A DNA stretch of 64,000 bases from Patescibacteria group bacterium (GCA_028710985.1 JAQTTB010000001.1:587014-651013), one strand, 5' to 3'. Counted from the stretch's first letter, positions 46,991 to 55,850 are shown. Program-made: numbers and translations. The notes: a model not told the origin generated them from the sequence alone.

Positions 46991-47362
46991 ATGAGCCGCA
47001 AGCACAAAGAGGCGATAGCTCACCTGAAGGCGATCGGGGTGATACGAGGATACGACATCAAGTCAAAGCTCCCCGAGCTAGAGAGGACGTCCACCTTCCT
47101 GCGGTTCCCACCGCCTCCGGATTTTCTAAGAGTGGACCCTTCTACCGATCGGGCGGTGATGGACGAGGTTCTGCTGCGAGAACGCGCCTCACTTCATGCC
47201 ATGTGGGCAAGGGAGTTTGATCAGGGGATGGCGATGGAAGACCGTCGTATCGCCATGTGTGAGTACGAAGAAGGGCCGAGAGAGGCCCTCATGAAGCCGC
47301 CCTGGTACAAGCGCCTGCTGGTTCGTCTCGGAATGGCCAAGTCTCCGCGAATCGAGCCCTAG
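46991..47362 (+). CDS. hypothetical protein (123 aa), ORFan cassette 2
   Basis: AAAGGAGG RBS; own promoter and terminator. Confidence 0.5.
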   Translation: MSRKHKEAIAHLKAIGVIRGYDIKSKLPELERTSTFLRFPPPPDFLRVDPSTDRAVMDEVLLRERASLHAMWAREFDQGMAMEDRRIAMCEYEEGPREALMKPPWYKRLLVRLGMAKSPRIEP

Positions 47363-47417
47363 CGAAGCAAAAGCTACTCTCCGATCATATTGAATACATC
47401 ATCGATGCCTGCTCAAG

Positions 47418-47450
47418 CGCCATCGCACCTCTGCGACGGCGTCTTTTTTT
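47418..47450 (+). terminator. rho-independent terminator
   Basis: cgccatcgcacctctgcgacggcg + tcTTTTTTT. Confidence 0.6.
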
Positions 47451-47494
47451 CTGCATAATTTTGTGCTAAGCTCATAAATAGAGGAGGAGATACG

Positions 47495-47770
47495 ATGAAT
47501 TATTCCAGCCTGGACGAAGCTTATCTTGCCTTGGAGAGAATGCGTAAAGAGCGAGAAACTGCGCTTACGAAAGAGGAGAAGGATAAGCTGGACATGGATA
47601 TCGCATACCTTCGGCACGAGATTAGAAGTGCTTCCTCGGAGGAAGTCCTATACGCGCGTTGGGGCGATAGCGACTTCGACGAGCCTGACGACTCCGACGG
47701 GTTCTGCGACCCTGACGGACCCTATGACTTCGACGAGTTCGCGGGAGACGGCGACGGAGGCTGTCTCTAG
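47495..47770 (+). CDS. hypothetical acidic protein (91 aa): N-terminal helical region, Asp/Glu/Gly-rich C-terminal tail; ORFan cassette 3
   Basis: GAGGAGG RBS; tail DSDFDEPDDSDGFCDPDGPYDFDEFAGDGDGG. Confidence 0.5.
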   Translation: MNYSSLDEAYLALERMRKERETALTKEEKDKLDMDIAYLRHEIRSASSEEVLYARWGDSDFDEPDDSDGFCDPDGPYDFDEFAGDGDGGCL

Positions 47771-47824
47771 GAAGAAATTCCTGAACTTGAAGAGGGCTAT
47801 GGAGAAGTGAGCCAGCGCCTGTCT

Positions 47825-47853
47825 TTGACAATTTCCGCAAAATGATGTAGCTT
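47825..47853 (+). promoter_or_regulatory. sigma70-like promoter (TTGACA-17-TAGCTT) driving a non-coding region
   Basis: ttgaca atttccgcaaaatgatg tagctt. Confidence 0.45.
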
Positions 47854-47859
47854 TTAAAT

Positions 47860-48155
47860 ATTCAAGGAGAGCCTCGAGAGGGACCCGCACACCTCTGGAT
47901 GCCGAGACTTTCCAGAGCTGCCAAAAGAGGGCACGCAGAGAGGAGCTCTGGCCAGCGAACCTTTCCTTCCGGAGAACCCATCAGTATCGGGCGCTGCGTT
48001 TCCTGTATGCGGTTTCCGGTATGCGTGGGAGTGGAGGAAATGGCCACCAATAATCTCTGCACCTTATTTTGTTCCTTTCTTGATGTTATCCGTCGCCCTT
48101 GCGATGGAACCGTTTCGTCATGTCCTGCCTTGCCTTCAAGTCGGGACTTTTTTTA
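47860..48155 (+). ncRNA. candidate structured non-coding RNA (~300 nt, GC-rich, promoter to T-run)
   Basis: No RBS-preceded ORF; the only ORF (47899-48162) is Cys-rich, low-complexity and lacks an SD; the region ends in a T7 run at 48148-48154; no known RNA family recognised. Confidence 0.3.
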
Positions 48156-48230
48156 TCTATAATTTTTTATGGCGTTGTTACGGCGAACTCATTGCCCTAT
48201 ATCCCGTCGTATAGTAAAATATAACTGCTT

Positions 48231-48338
48231 ATGAGACCAAGGCATATAAAATTAATAAAAAGACTAGTGATTCTGGTATTTTTTTTGTTTATAATTTTGA
48301 GTACCATCCTTTGGACAATGGCCCCACTGTTTTACTAA
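48231..48338 (+). CDS. possible 35-aa hydrophobic peptide (MRPRHIKLIKRLVILVFFLFIILSTILWTMAPLFY)
   Basis: Short ORF with one TM-like segment in the AT-rich spacer; no RBS; very tentative. Confidence 0.2.
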   Translation: MRPRHIKLIKRLVILVFFLFIILSTILWTMAPLFY

Positions 48339-48343
48339 TATGA

Positions 48344-48408
48344 GAGCGTTGAATATTTATGAAACGCCCTCATCCCGAGTTCCGATCGCAATCGGGACGA
48401 GGGATCTA
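48344..48408 (+). promoter_or_regulatory. Motif D copy upstream of recJ
   Basis: agcgttgaatatttatgaaacgc then cctcatcccgag ttccgatcgcaatcgggac gagggatct, followed by tattatact. Confidence 0.55.
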
Positions 48409-48476
48409 TTATACTCGCGGCAAGAAACATCGATTATAAAAGAGATGAATATTTTTAGTTATCCAACGGTCTAAAT

Positions 48477-50201
48477 ATGCGCAAGGCTTGGAAAATCGCC
48501 GAGGCCGTGAGCCCGGATTATTGCGCCCGGTTTCCGGAAATCTCACCGGTCGTGGTTCAGCTTCTGGCGAACCGTGGCCTTGAGAGCCAGGAGCAGATTG
48601 ACGAATTTTTGGCGCCGGATTTTACGCGGGATATTAAAGATCCTTTTTTATTTACGCGCATGCGCGACGCGGTTGAGCGCGTTTTTCAGGCGATTGAGGC
48701 GCGGGAAAAAATTACGGTCTGGAGCGATTACGACGCCGACGGCGTCACGAGCGGCACAATTGCGCGCTCGGTTATCCGCGAGGTCGGAGCAAAGTTGGGC
48801 TATGACGGCGAGCTGGTTGACTTTTACATTCCGCACCGCGACCTGGAAGGCTACGGCCTCAATCAGGCCGGGGTTGAAAGAATCGCCAAAGAGGGGTGCA
48901 AACTTCTGGTTGCCACGGATTGCGGCATCGGCAATGCCAATGAAATCGCCTGGCTCCGGAAAAAAGGAATCGATGTCATCGTAATCGACCACCACCAGGT
49001 GCCCGACCGCCTGCCGGACGCGATTATTATTCATACTTCAACGCCCGGTGAGATTTATCCGTTCAAGCCCTTTGCCGCGGCCGGCGTGGCGTTCAAATTT
49101 GCCTGCGCCCTGATTACCGCAGGGCGGGAGCGGGGGATTGATTTTTCTCCGGGTTTTGAAAAATGGTACCTGGATCTCGTGGCCATCGCCACGGTGACGG
49201 ACATGATGCCCCTCATCGGAGAGAACCGCACCCTGGAAAAGTTCGGGCTCGTGGTGCTCGCAAAAACGCGGCGGCCGGGCCTGCGCAAACTGTTTGAAGC
49301 CGCCGGCATCGCGTCCGAGAAGCTGGACACGCGTTCCATCGGATTTCAGATCGGGCCGCGCCTTAACGCCGCAAGCCGCATGGACCACGCCAATCAGGCA
49401 TTCGCGCTCCTCAATGCCGAAGACGAAAAACAAGCCGCCGAACTCGCGACAGAGCTTTGCTCATTGAATCAGCAGCGCCGGGACATCACCAAAGAAACAT
49501 ACGATCAGGCAATCGCGCAAATCGGCGATCCGGGCAACCGGAAAATTCTTTTCAGCCGGAATGAATCCTGGCCGCCGTCAATCGTCGGGCTGGTGGCCGG
49601 CAAAGTCTGCGATGATTACTATCGCCCGGTGATTCTCATCGGCCGCGAAGGGGAGAGGTGGCTTGGTTCGGGCCGGAGCATTCCCGAGTTTGACATTACT
49701 GCCGCCCTGCACTCGGCCGAAGAGCATCTGGCGCGCTTTGGCGGCCATCCCGGGGCCTGCGGCTTTGACATGAAGTCCGAGGCCGATATCGCGCCGTTTA
49801 TTGAAAAACTCACCAAATACGCCGAAGAGCGATTAGCCTGCGTCGCGCTCGCGCCGGCCATAAATATTGAGGCCGAATTGGGGCTCGATGAAACAAATTT
49901 TGATCTGGTGCACGCGCTCGCTGAATTCGCGCCGCACGGCATGAATAATCCCAAGCCCATATTTTTGGCGCGCGATCTCACGGTCGTGAGTTTTGAAACC
50001 ATGGGCATGGACCAAAAGCATCTGAAAATCGCGGTAAAGACTCCGGCCGGCGCCACAAAAAAATTAGTCGGTTTCGGCATCGCCGGCCGCATCTCCGAAC
50101 TCAAAGTCGGCGCCAAGCTTGAACTCGCTTACGAACTTGATATCAACCAGTGGAATGGGAATCAGGAGCTGCAATTTAAAATTATTGATTTTAAATTATG
50201 A
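48477..50201 (+). CDS. recJ: single-stranded-DNA-specific exonuclease RecJ
   Basis: DHH motifs (DYDADGV, ATDCGIGN, VIDHH) and DHHA1 domain. Confidence 0.9.
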   Translation: MRKAWKIAEAVSPDYCARFPEISPVVVQLLANRGLESQEQIDEFLAPDFTRDIKDPFLFTRMRDAVERVFQAIEAREKITVWSDYDADGVTSGTIARSVIREVGAKLGYDGELVDFYIPHRDLEGYGLNQAGVERIAKEGCKLLVATDCGIGNANEIAWLRKKGIDVIVIDHHQVPDRLPDAIIIHTSTPGEIYPFKPFAAAGVAFKFACALITAGRERGIDFSPGFEKWYLDLVAIATVTDMMPLIGENRTLEKFGLVVLAKTRRPGLRKLFEAAGIASEKLDTRSIGFQIGPRLNAASRMDHANQAFALLNAEDEKQAAELATELCSLNQQRRDITKETYDQAIAQIGDPGNRKILFSRNESWPPSIVGLVAGKVCDDYYRPVILIGREGERWLGSGRSIPEFDITAALHSAEEHLARFGGHPGACGFDMKSEADIAPFIEKLTKYAEERLACVALAPAINIEAELGLDETNFDLVHALAEFAPHGMNNPKPIFLARDLTVVSFETMGMDQKHLKIAVKTPAGATKKLVGFGIAGRISELKVGAKLELAYELDINQWNGNQELQFKIIDFKL

Positions 50202-50614
50202 AAAAACTCCGTATCTACACCGACGGCGGTGCCCGTGGGAACCCCGGCCCGGCCGGTATTGGCGCCGTAATCTATGACGCCCAAGATCAGCAAGCCGGCG
50301 CGCTTGCGCGGATTTCGGAATTCATCGGCAATGCCACCAATAATCAGGCCGAATACCGCGCTCTGATCGCCGGACTTGAAAAAGCCGCCGAGCTCGGCGC
50401 CGACCAAGTGGAAGTAATTTCCGATTCCGAACTTTTGGTCAAGCAGTGCCGCGGCGAGTACAAAATCAAGAATCCGGATCTGGCCCAGCTCTTTATGAAA
50501 GTCTGGAACTTGATACAGAAATTCAAAAAAGTCACATTTCACCACTCATTGCGCTCGGGCAATGCCGAAGCCGACGCGTTGGTGAATTTGGCTATTGATA
50601 AAAACAACCGTTAG
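50198..50614 (+). CDS. rnhA: ribonuclease HI
   Basis: IYTDGGARGNPGPAGIG...NNQAEY...D catalytic residues. Confidence 0.85.
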   Translation: MKKLRIYTDGGARGNPGPAGIGAVIYDAQDQQAGALARISEFIGNATNNQAEYRALIAGLEKAAELGADQVEVISDSELLVKQCRGEYKIKNPDLAQLFMKVWNLIQKFKKVTFHHSLRSGNAEADALVNLAIDKNNR

Positions 50615-50628
50615 AAATCCAAAATCCA
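50600..50628 (+). repeat. left inverted repeat (gaaatccaaaatccaaatg) flanking the four-helix-bundle gene
   Basis: Reverse complement recurs at 51053-51078 (tttggattttgaaatttggattttt). Confidence 0.55.
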
Positions 50629-50629
50629 A

Positions 50630-50998
50630 ATGTCAAACCAAGGTCAAAATCCAAACGCCAAAAAGTATGATTTGTCTGAACGCACCGCGAGGTTCGGAGG
50701 GAATATTATAGATTTCGTTGGGACCATCTCGGACAATTCAATTACCCGGCCGCTCAAGAGCCAGGCCGTTCGTTCTGGAACCAGCATCGGCGCAAACTAC
50801 ATGGAGGCTGACGGCGCAGAATCCAGAAAAGACTTTTTTCATAAAATCGGCATATGCAAAAAAGAGGCAAAAGAAACCATGCACTGGTTGCGCATGATCG
50901 CCAGGACAAATATGGTATCAAAAGAAAAATGTATTGCTTTATGGAAAGAAGCGCATGAACTCGCGTTAATCTTTTCCGCGATTATTATCAAGAAGTAA
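50630..50998 (+). CDS. four-helix-bundle protein (23S rRNA intervening-sequence protein family)
   Basis: Typical family sequence (YDLSERTARFGGNIIDF...SIGANYMEADGAESRKDFFHKIGICKKEAKET.HWL). Confidence 0.8.
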   Translation: MSNQGQNPNAKKYDLSERTARFGGNIIDFVGTISDNSITRPLKSQAVRSGTSIGANYMEADGAESRKDFFHKIGICKKEAKETMHWLRMIARTNMVSKEKCIALWKEAHELALIFSAIIIKK

Positions 50999-50999
50999 T

Positions 51000-51080
51000 T
51001 TGGGCTTTGGATTTTCCGCCAGGGGCGGATCTGCCTCGGGCATGAGGTTTGAACTTTGGATTTTGAAATTTGGATTTTTA
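51000..51080 (+). repeat. right inverted repeat (tttggattttg units) flanking the four-helix-bundle gene
   Basis: See 50600-50628. Confidence 0.55.
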
Positions 51081-51124
51081 AGTCAGTTTTTGGCTAAAAC
51101 TAGAATAATTAATCAATCAGCCAT

Positions 51125-51149
51125 CAGGCCCTGCGGCCTGTTTATTTTT
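51125..51149 (+). terminator. rho-independent terminator
   Basis: caggccctgcggcctg + tttatttttg. Confidence 0.5.
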
Positions 51150-51204
51150 GTGCATATCTCGATATAAAATTAGGTTATTTTATGATAAAATACAACCATA
51201 AACT

Positions 51205-53112
51205 ATGACAGAGAAAAGGCGAACAATTATTGAGTTCGGATTTGTTTTTTTGGTATTTGCGTTTTTGATATTTATCGGTCCGCAAGCCTCACGAGCCGCG
51301 GCTGATGATTTTTTCCGCGGCTGGATCTGGAACGACCATATCGGCTGGATTTCCATGAACTGCGCGGATACCGGAACCTGCGCCGCGGTTGATTACGGCG
51401 TGGACATGGATCTCTCGAACGGCAATATCACGGGCTACGCCTGGTCCGAGAACGCCGGCTGGATTTGTTTTGGTTCAACCTGCGCGGGCGTGACGCCCCA
51501 GGGCGGCGGGAGTTATGCCGGATACGCGAGTTCCACCGGCGAGATCGGCGGCTGGGCAAAAATGGAATGGCTGAATATGCCCTCCGAAGGCTGGATTTCA
51601 TTAAACTGCGCCAACCCGGCGGTTTGCGGCGCCTCAAATTACAAAACCACGATCAGCACATTTGATAATACCGATGTCGGAGGATGGGCCTGGAACGGGA
51701 ACGGCGCCGGCGCGAATCAAACCGGCCTGGGTTGGTTTGATTTTTCCCGCGTCATCGGCACCAAAGAATTTATGTGCCAGGATCTCCTGGACAACGACGC
51801 CGACGGCCTAATTGACTGCGCCGATCCGGATTGCCCGTGCGCCCTGGAAATGAACGAGCCGCTCTGCACTGACGGAATTGATAACGACGGCGATGTTCTG
51901 GTTGACTGCCTGGACAATCAGCCAAATCTCGCCAATAGTTGCTGGCACCATGATCCCTATTGCCCCACCAACGAAGCCCTGGCCTGGCTCTGGGACGGTT
52001 CTTCCTGGGTTCAGCCCGGCGGCAGCGTCACCTGCCACGACGGTTCGGACAATGATTATGACGGCGTAGTGAACGGCGCTTACGACCAAAGTCCGCTCAC
52101 CGGCCGCGATTGTTTTGATGCCGACTGCGCTCCGTTCTGCACAGAGGAACCGGAAAATTGCGCCGACGGATTTGATAATAACTGGAACGGGCTTACGGAT
52201 TGCGACGACCCGATCTGTGCTGGTACCTGCTCCGGATTCTGCGAATTTAATGATTCGCCATGCGACGAAATCGGTGCGGTTTGCTACGAAGATCCGGAAA
52301 CTCATCAAAAATATTACTGCAAGGCCCGTCCCTGGCTCGAAACTAAATACGGCCAGGTCTACGGCCAGCTTGGCGTTGAGGGCCCAGCCGCGCCCGAGGG
52401 CATGTCTAATGCCACTTTCTGCGTTATCGCTGCGACCGGCGGGATTGCGAATTTTACAAGTGAACAGAGTTGTTATATTTCTCCGGAGGATGTTTTTGGC
52501 TTCCCGAGCCAGCTCAATAAATACACCAACATTCTCGGCAACCTCGATATCGCGGGAATTATAAGCGGTCTCTACGGCGATGTTGTGCCCATGACGAGCA
52601 ACATCATCCCCCCGGTTCTGAACGGGAAAATATACTATTGGGCCGACGGCGACCTCAATATCCAATCCGCGATTCAAATTGCCGATGCAATCGGTAATGG
52701 CAGCGGTGCCGGACTTATTATTGTCCGAGGCGACATTCGGTTTGACTATGATGTGATCTATGGCACAAGTAATATCTCCAAGCTCAAACAGCTTGCTTCA
52801 ATCGGCTGGATCGCATTAAGGGATCCCGTTTCCGGTTTGGGCGGTAATATCTACATCGGCAATGACGTGAACAATCTCGTTGGCGCGTTTTATGCCGAAG
52901 AAATGGTGCAGACTGATGCGGGCAATGTGCCGCTTTTAGTCAACGGTTTGATGATTTCCAAGAAATTTGATTTCAATCGCGTCTTCTCCAGCGGCGCCCA
53001 GGGCGCGGAGCGCATCATCTTTGACGGCCGTGCGCTCACCAATCCGCCGCCGGGCATGGAGGATCTGACGAGATCATTGCCCTCAATTCAAGAAGTCGTA
53101 CCAACGAGGTAA
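51205..53112 (+). CDS. large secreted Cys/Asp-rich repeat protein (TSP3/Ca-binding-like modules), first gene of the pilus cluster
   Basis: N-terminal TM; repeated CxDGxDNDxDGxxDCxDPDC modules. Confidence 0.6.
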   Translation: MTEKRRTIIEFGFVFLVFAFLIFIGPQASRAAADDFFRGWIWNDHIGWISMNCADTGTCAAVDYGVDMDLSNGNITGYAWSENAGWICFGSTCAGVTPQGGGSYAGYASSTGEIGGWAKMEWLNMPSEGWISLNCANPAVCGASNYKTTISTFDNTDVGGWAWNGNGAGANQTGLGWFDFSRVIGTKEFMCQDLLDNDADGLIDCADPDCPCALEMNEPLCTDGIDNDGDVLVDCLDNQPNLANSCWHHDPYCPTNEALAWLWDGSSWVQPGGSVTCHDGSDNDYDGVVNGAYDQSPLTGRDCFDADCAPFCTEEPENCADGFDNNWNGLTDCDDPICAGTCSGFCEFNDSPCDEIGAVCYEDPETHQKYYCKARPWLETKYGQVYGQLGVEGPAAPEGMSNATFCVIAATGGIANFTSEQSCYISPEDVFGFPSQLNKYTNILGNLDIAGIISGLYGDVVPMTSNIIPPVLNGKIYYWADGDLNIQSAIQIADAIGNGSGAGLIIVRGDIRFDYDVIYGTSNISKLKQLASIGWIALRDPVSGLGGNIYIGNDVNNLVGAFYAEEMVQTDAGNVPLLVNGLMISKKFDFNRVFSSGAQGAERIIFDGRALTNPPPGMEDLTRSLPSIQEVVPTR

Positions 53113-53215
53113 TCCCGAATTCTGAATTTCGAATTTTGATTCAATTATGAAATTAAGAATTATTAATTGATTCGAAATTCAGAATTCAAAATTCGAACAT
53201 ATTTAGACACATATT
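53110..53215. repeat. Repeat family B array
   Basis: gaattctgaatttcgaattttg ... gattcgaaattcagaattcaaaattcgaa. Confidence 0.6.
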
Positions 53216-53242
53216 AGAAAATTTGGTATAATTTATCTATAA

Positions 53243-54322
53243 ATGCCTTTATTTGGTAAACCGACAAAAAAGAGTTACCTCGGCGTCGACCTCGGTGCCG
53301 GCGGAATTAAAGTTGTGGAACTTATGAACGAGCGGGGACGCGCCCGGCTAGTGACTTATGGTTACAGCGACCGCCCGTTTGAGGTTATGTCGACCAATAT
53401 TATCGATACGGCCAAAGACGCCGCCGAAACTCTGAAAAAAATTTGCCAAAAAGCCCAGACCTCGTCCACAAAGGCCGTGGCCGGTTTGCCGGTTGCTTCA
53501 GTTTTTAGCTCAATTATTACGGTCCAGGCAAAAAATCGCGACGAGCTCAAAGAGGCGATTCAGGCTAAGGCAAAAAAGCTGATCCCCATGCCAATTGAAG
53601 AAATGATTATTGATTCCAAGATTTTAAACAAGCTGCCCGAGGGCAACAAAGAGTTCCCGGCCGAGTCGCGCAATATCCGCGTTTTGATCACCGGCGCGCC
53701 CAAGGGCATTGTAAAAAAATACATTGAAATATTTAAAATCGCGGGTTTGGAACTCTTGAGTCTCGAGACCGAGGCGTTTGCCCTGATTCGTTCGCTCGTG
53801 GGCAAGGACCCGTCGTCAATCATGATTATTGATTTCGGTTCGGTGCGTACAAACTTAAGCGTGATTGAAAAGGGTATACCCTTTCTGAACCGCAGCATAA
53901 ACATGGGCGGGCTGACGATCACTAAAACCATCAGTCAGAGTCTGGGCCTGGGCCTCAAGGAATCCGACCAGATGAAGCACGACATCGCTTCGCTCTCGCG
54001 CGTCGCGCCGGGCGGCAGTCTGCCCAAGCTTTTGGACAATCTGCTCCAGCCGATCGTGAATGAAATCAAATATTCGCTCAATATGTATGCCGCGCAAAAA
54101 GAAAGCGAGGGGACCACGGTGCAAAAAATAATTCTCACCGGCGGTTCATCGCTCTTGCCCAATCTTTCGGATTATTTTACCAAACTTTTGAATATCAACA
54201 CCTATCTCGGCGATCCGTGGGCGCGCGTTATTTATCCCACCGAGCTGAAGCCGGTTCTTGATGATATCGGTCCGCGCTTTTCCGTGCCGGTCGGACTCGC
54301 CATGAGAGACATCGGAATCTAA
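53243..54322 (+). CDS. pilM: type IV pilus assembly protein PilM (actin-like ATPase)
   Basis: LGVDLGAGGIKVVEL and actin-fold layout. Confidence 0.85.
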   Translation: MPLFGKPTKKSYLGVDLGAGGIKVVELMNERGRARLVTYGYSDRPFEVMSTNIIDTAKDAAETLKKICQKAQTSSTKAVAGLPVASVFSSIITVQAKNRDELKEAIQAKAKKLIPMPIEEMIIDSKILNKLPEGNKEFPAESRNIRVLITGAPKGIVKKYIEIFKIAGLELLSLETEAFALIRSLVGKDPSSIMIIDFGSVRTNLSVIEKGIPFLNRSINMGGLTITKTISQSLGLGLKESDQMKHDIASLSRVAPGGSLPKLLDNLLQPIVNEIKYSLNMYAAQKESEGTTVQKIILTGGSSLLPNLSDYFTKLLNINTYLGDPWARVIYPTELKPVLDDIGPRFSVPVGLAMRDIGI

Positions 54323-54392
54323 TTTCGAATTTCGAATTCTGGATTTCGAATTTCAAAATTCAAAATTGATTCAGAATTCAAAATTCGAAATT
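54322..54392. repeat. Repeat family B array
   Basis: taatttcgaatttcgaattctggatttcgaatttcaaaattcaaaattgattcagaattcaaaattcgaaatt. Confidence 0.6.
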
Positions 54393-55253
54393 ATGACTAA
54401 CGGAGGAATTAGCCTGCTGCCTGAGGACATGAAAAAACTGGAGCAGGAGGAACTTGGAGAAAAGCCAAGCAAAGAGCCGGAAAAGGCTCCGAGTTTTCAT
54501 ATTCCCGGCACTGAACCACAAATGTCTCAATCCGAAGATCTTGGTCCGTTGCCCGCGCCCCGGCCACCGGTTTCCCAATTTACGTCCGAAGCAAAGAGAG
54601 AAGCCCCGGTTGCGCCCTATAAACAACGACTGTCGCGTCCCGGTGAGCCGTCTAAACCGCCGCCGCCACCGATTCCACAGCGCCGTTCGCTTCAGGTTAG
54701 TTTGATTCCCGAGGAAGTGAAGGAAAAGAAACAGAATATCAAATTCCGTAAAATTGCGCTCGGTGCTGTCTTGGGTATTGAAGTCGCGTGCTTGATCGTA
54801 TTCATGCTCGTGGCCGACGGTTTTGTTGAGGCAAAGCGCCAGCAGATTGAAAAAATTGATGCCGATATTGCCAATACCAAGGCGCAGATTGGAACAATGC
54901 GCGACGAGAATGCGGAAATTTTTATGGCCGAGAAAAAGCTTAATGCCGTAAATTATTTGCTCGGCCGGCACGCCGTGCCTTCAAAGATATTTGAATTCTT
55001 GGAGAAGAATACTCTTTCCGCGGTCTGGTATGAGAGTTATATTTCTACCGGAAAGGGTGAGCTATCGCTTTCGGCAGCGGCGGATAATTTGGAAACCGCA
55101 GCAAAACAAATTGCGCATTTAGAGGCAATGCCCGAAGTTAAGGAAATTCGGGTCAATAATTTTGAAAACAGGACGGATTTGTTAGGTCGGGAAACCGGTG
55201 TCAGCTTTGAAATGCAGATTGTGTTCGTTGACGGATTTTTAAACGCCAATTGA
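54393..55253 (+). CDS. pilN: PilN-like pilus assembly protein (TM plus periplasmic coiled coil)
   Basis: Position after pilM; single TM (IALGAVLGIEVACLIVFMLV). Confidence 0.55.
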   Translation: MTNGGISLLPEDMKKLEQEELGEKPSKEPEKAPSFHIPGTEPQMSQSEDLGPLPAPRPPVSQFTSEAKREAPVAPYKQRLSRPGEPSKPPPPPIPQRRSLQVSLIPEEVKEKKQNIKFRKIALGAVLGIEVACLIVFMLVADGFVEAKRQQIEKIDADIANTKAQIGTMRDENAEIFMAEKKLNAVNYLLGRHAVPSKIFEFLEKNTLSAVWYESYISTGKGELSLSAAADNLETAAKQIAHLEAMPEVKEIRVNNFENRTDLLGRETGVSFEMQIVFVDGFLNAN

Positions 55254-55849
55254 TTATGGCCGAGCCAACGCCAATTTCAAAAACCAAAGAAGTTAAACCC
55301 AGGCCCAGGGCGCCGTCCGCGCTGTGGGTGCGGTATTATAAATCATTATTTATTTTCTCAGTGCTCGTCATTGCAGTCGTCGGCTGGTTTTTACTAATCG
55401 GCCCGAAATATGCGGAGATGAGCGCCATGGATGTCGGAGCCAAACAGGCTGAACTCAACGCCTACAATGCTACGCTGCAGAAGTTTCAAAAAGCGGTGAG
55501 CGACTGGCAGGCGGCTCCGTCCGAATCCCGGGCTAAACTTGATTATTTTCTGCCAACTGGCGAAGACGCGCCCGGTCTGGTTGCGCTCTTGGATGTCATG
55601 GCAAGAACGAGCGGATTCGCCGTAACCCAGATTTCCTTTTCGCATCTGGAGCAGCCGATTGAGCCGGCATCCGAAGTGTATCCCATCCTGATTTCCATGA
55701 GTGTTGAGGGCGGGGGATATGCCGAACTCAAAAAATTTATTGATAAAATCGAAAGCGATCTTCGGCTCATGGATGTCGACACCCTGACCTTTCAGTCGGG
55801 CAAGGGATCGTATGTTTTTAACATCGTTGCGTATTTTCTCAAAAAGTGA
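55250..55849 (+). CDS. pilO: PilO-like pilus assembly protein
   Basis: Position; TM helix plus coiled coil. Confidence 0.5.
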   Translation: MIMAEPTPISKTKEVKPRPRAPSALWVRYYKSLFIFSVLVIAVVGWFLLIGPKYAEMSAMDVGAKQAELNAYNATLQKFQKAVSDWQAAPSESRAKLDYFLPTGEDAPGLVALLDVMARTSGFAVTQISFSHLEQPIEPASEVYPILISMSVEGGGYAELKKFIDKIESDLRLMDVDTLTFQSGKGSYVFNIVAYFLKK

Positions 55850-55850
55850 G

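Noticed and set aside
47860-48155. Identification of the non-coding stretch as RNase P RNA, tmRNA, SRP RNA or 6S RNA
   Set aside because: There is a GGAAAGUC-like string only on the antisense strand and at the wrong end for RNase P. There is no tRNA-like 3' end or GGGG 5' start for tmRNA. The CCGGAAGGAAAGG segment only loosely resembles the SRP domain IV consensus and lacks the symmetric hairpin partner. No family could be supported.
47899-48162. 87-aa ORF inside the putative non-coding region (and antisense ORF 47862-48062)
   Set aside because: It has no Shine-Dalgarno sequence, while all nearby real genes have AGGAGG. The product is Cys/Arg/Ser-rich with no hydrophobic core pattern, so a structured RNA is more likely. 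This is kept as low-confidence, not excluded.
47873-48268. XhoI (CTCGAG, 47873) and SpeI (ACTAGT, 48263) sites as evidence of a cloning artefact
   Set aside because: Single 6-bp sites are expected by chance at this length. There is no vector backbone, multiple-cloning-site cluster or primer-like flank.
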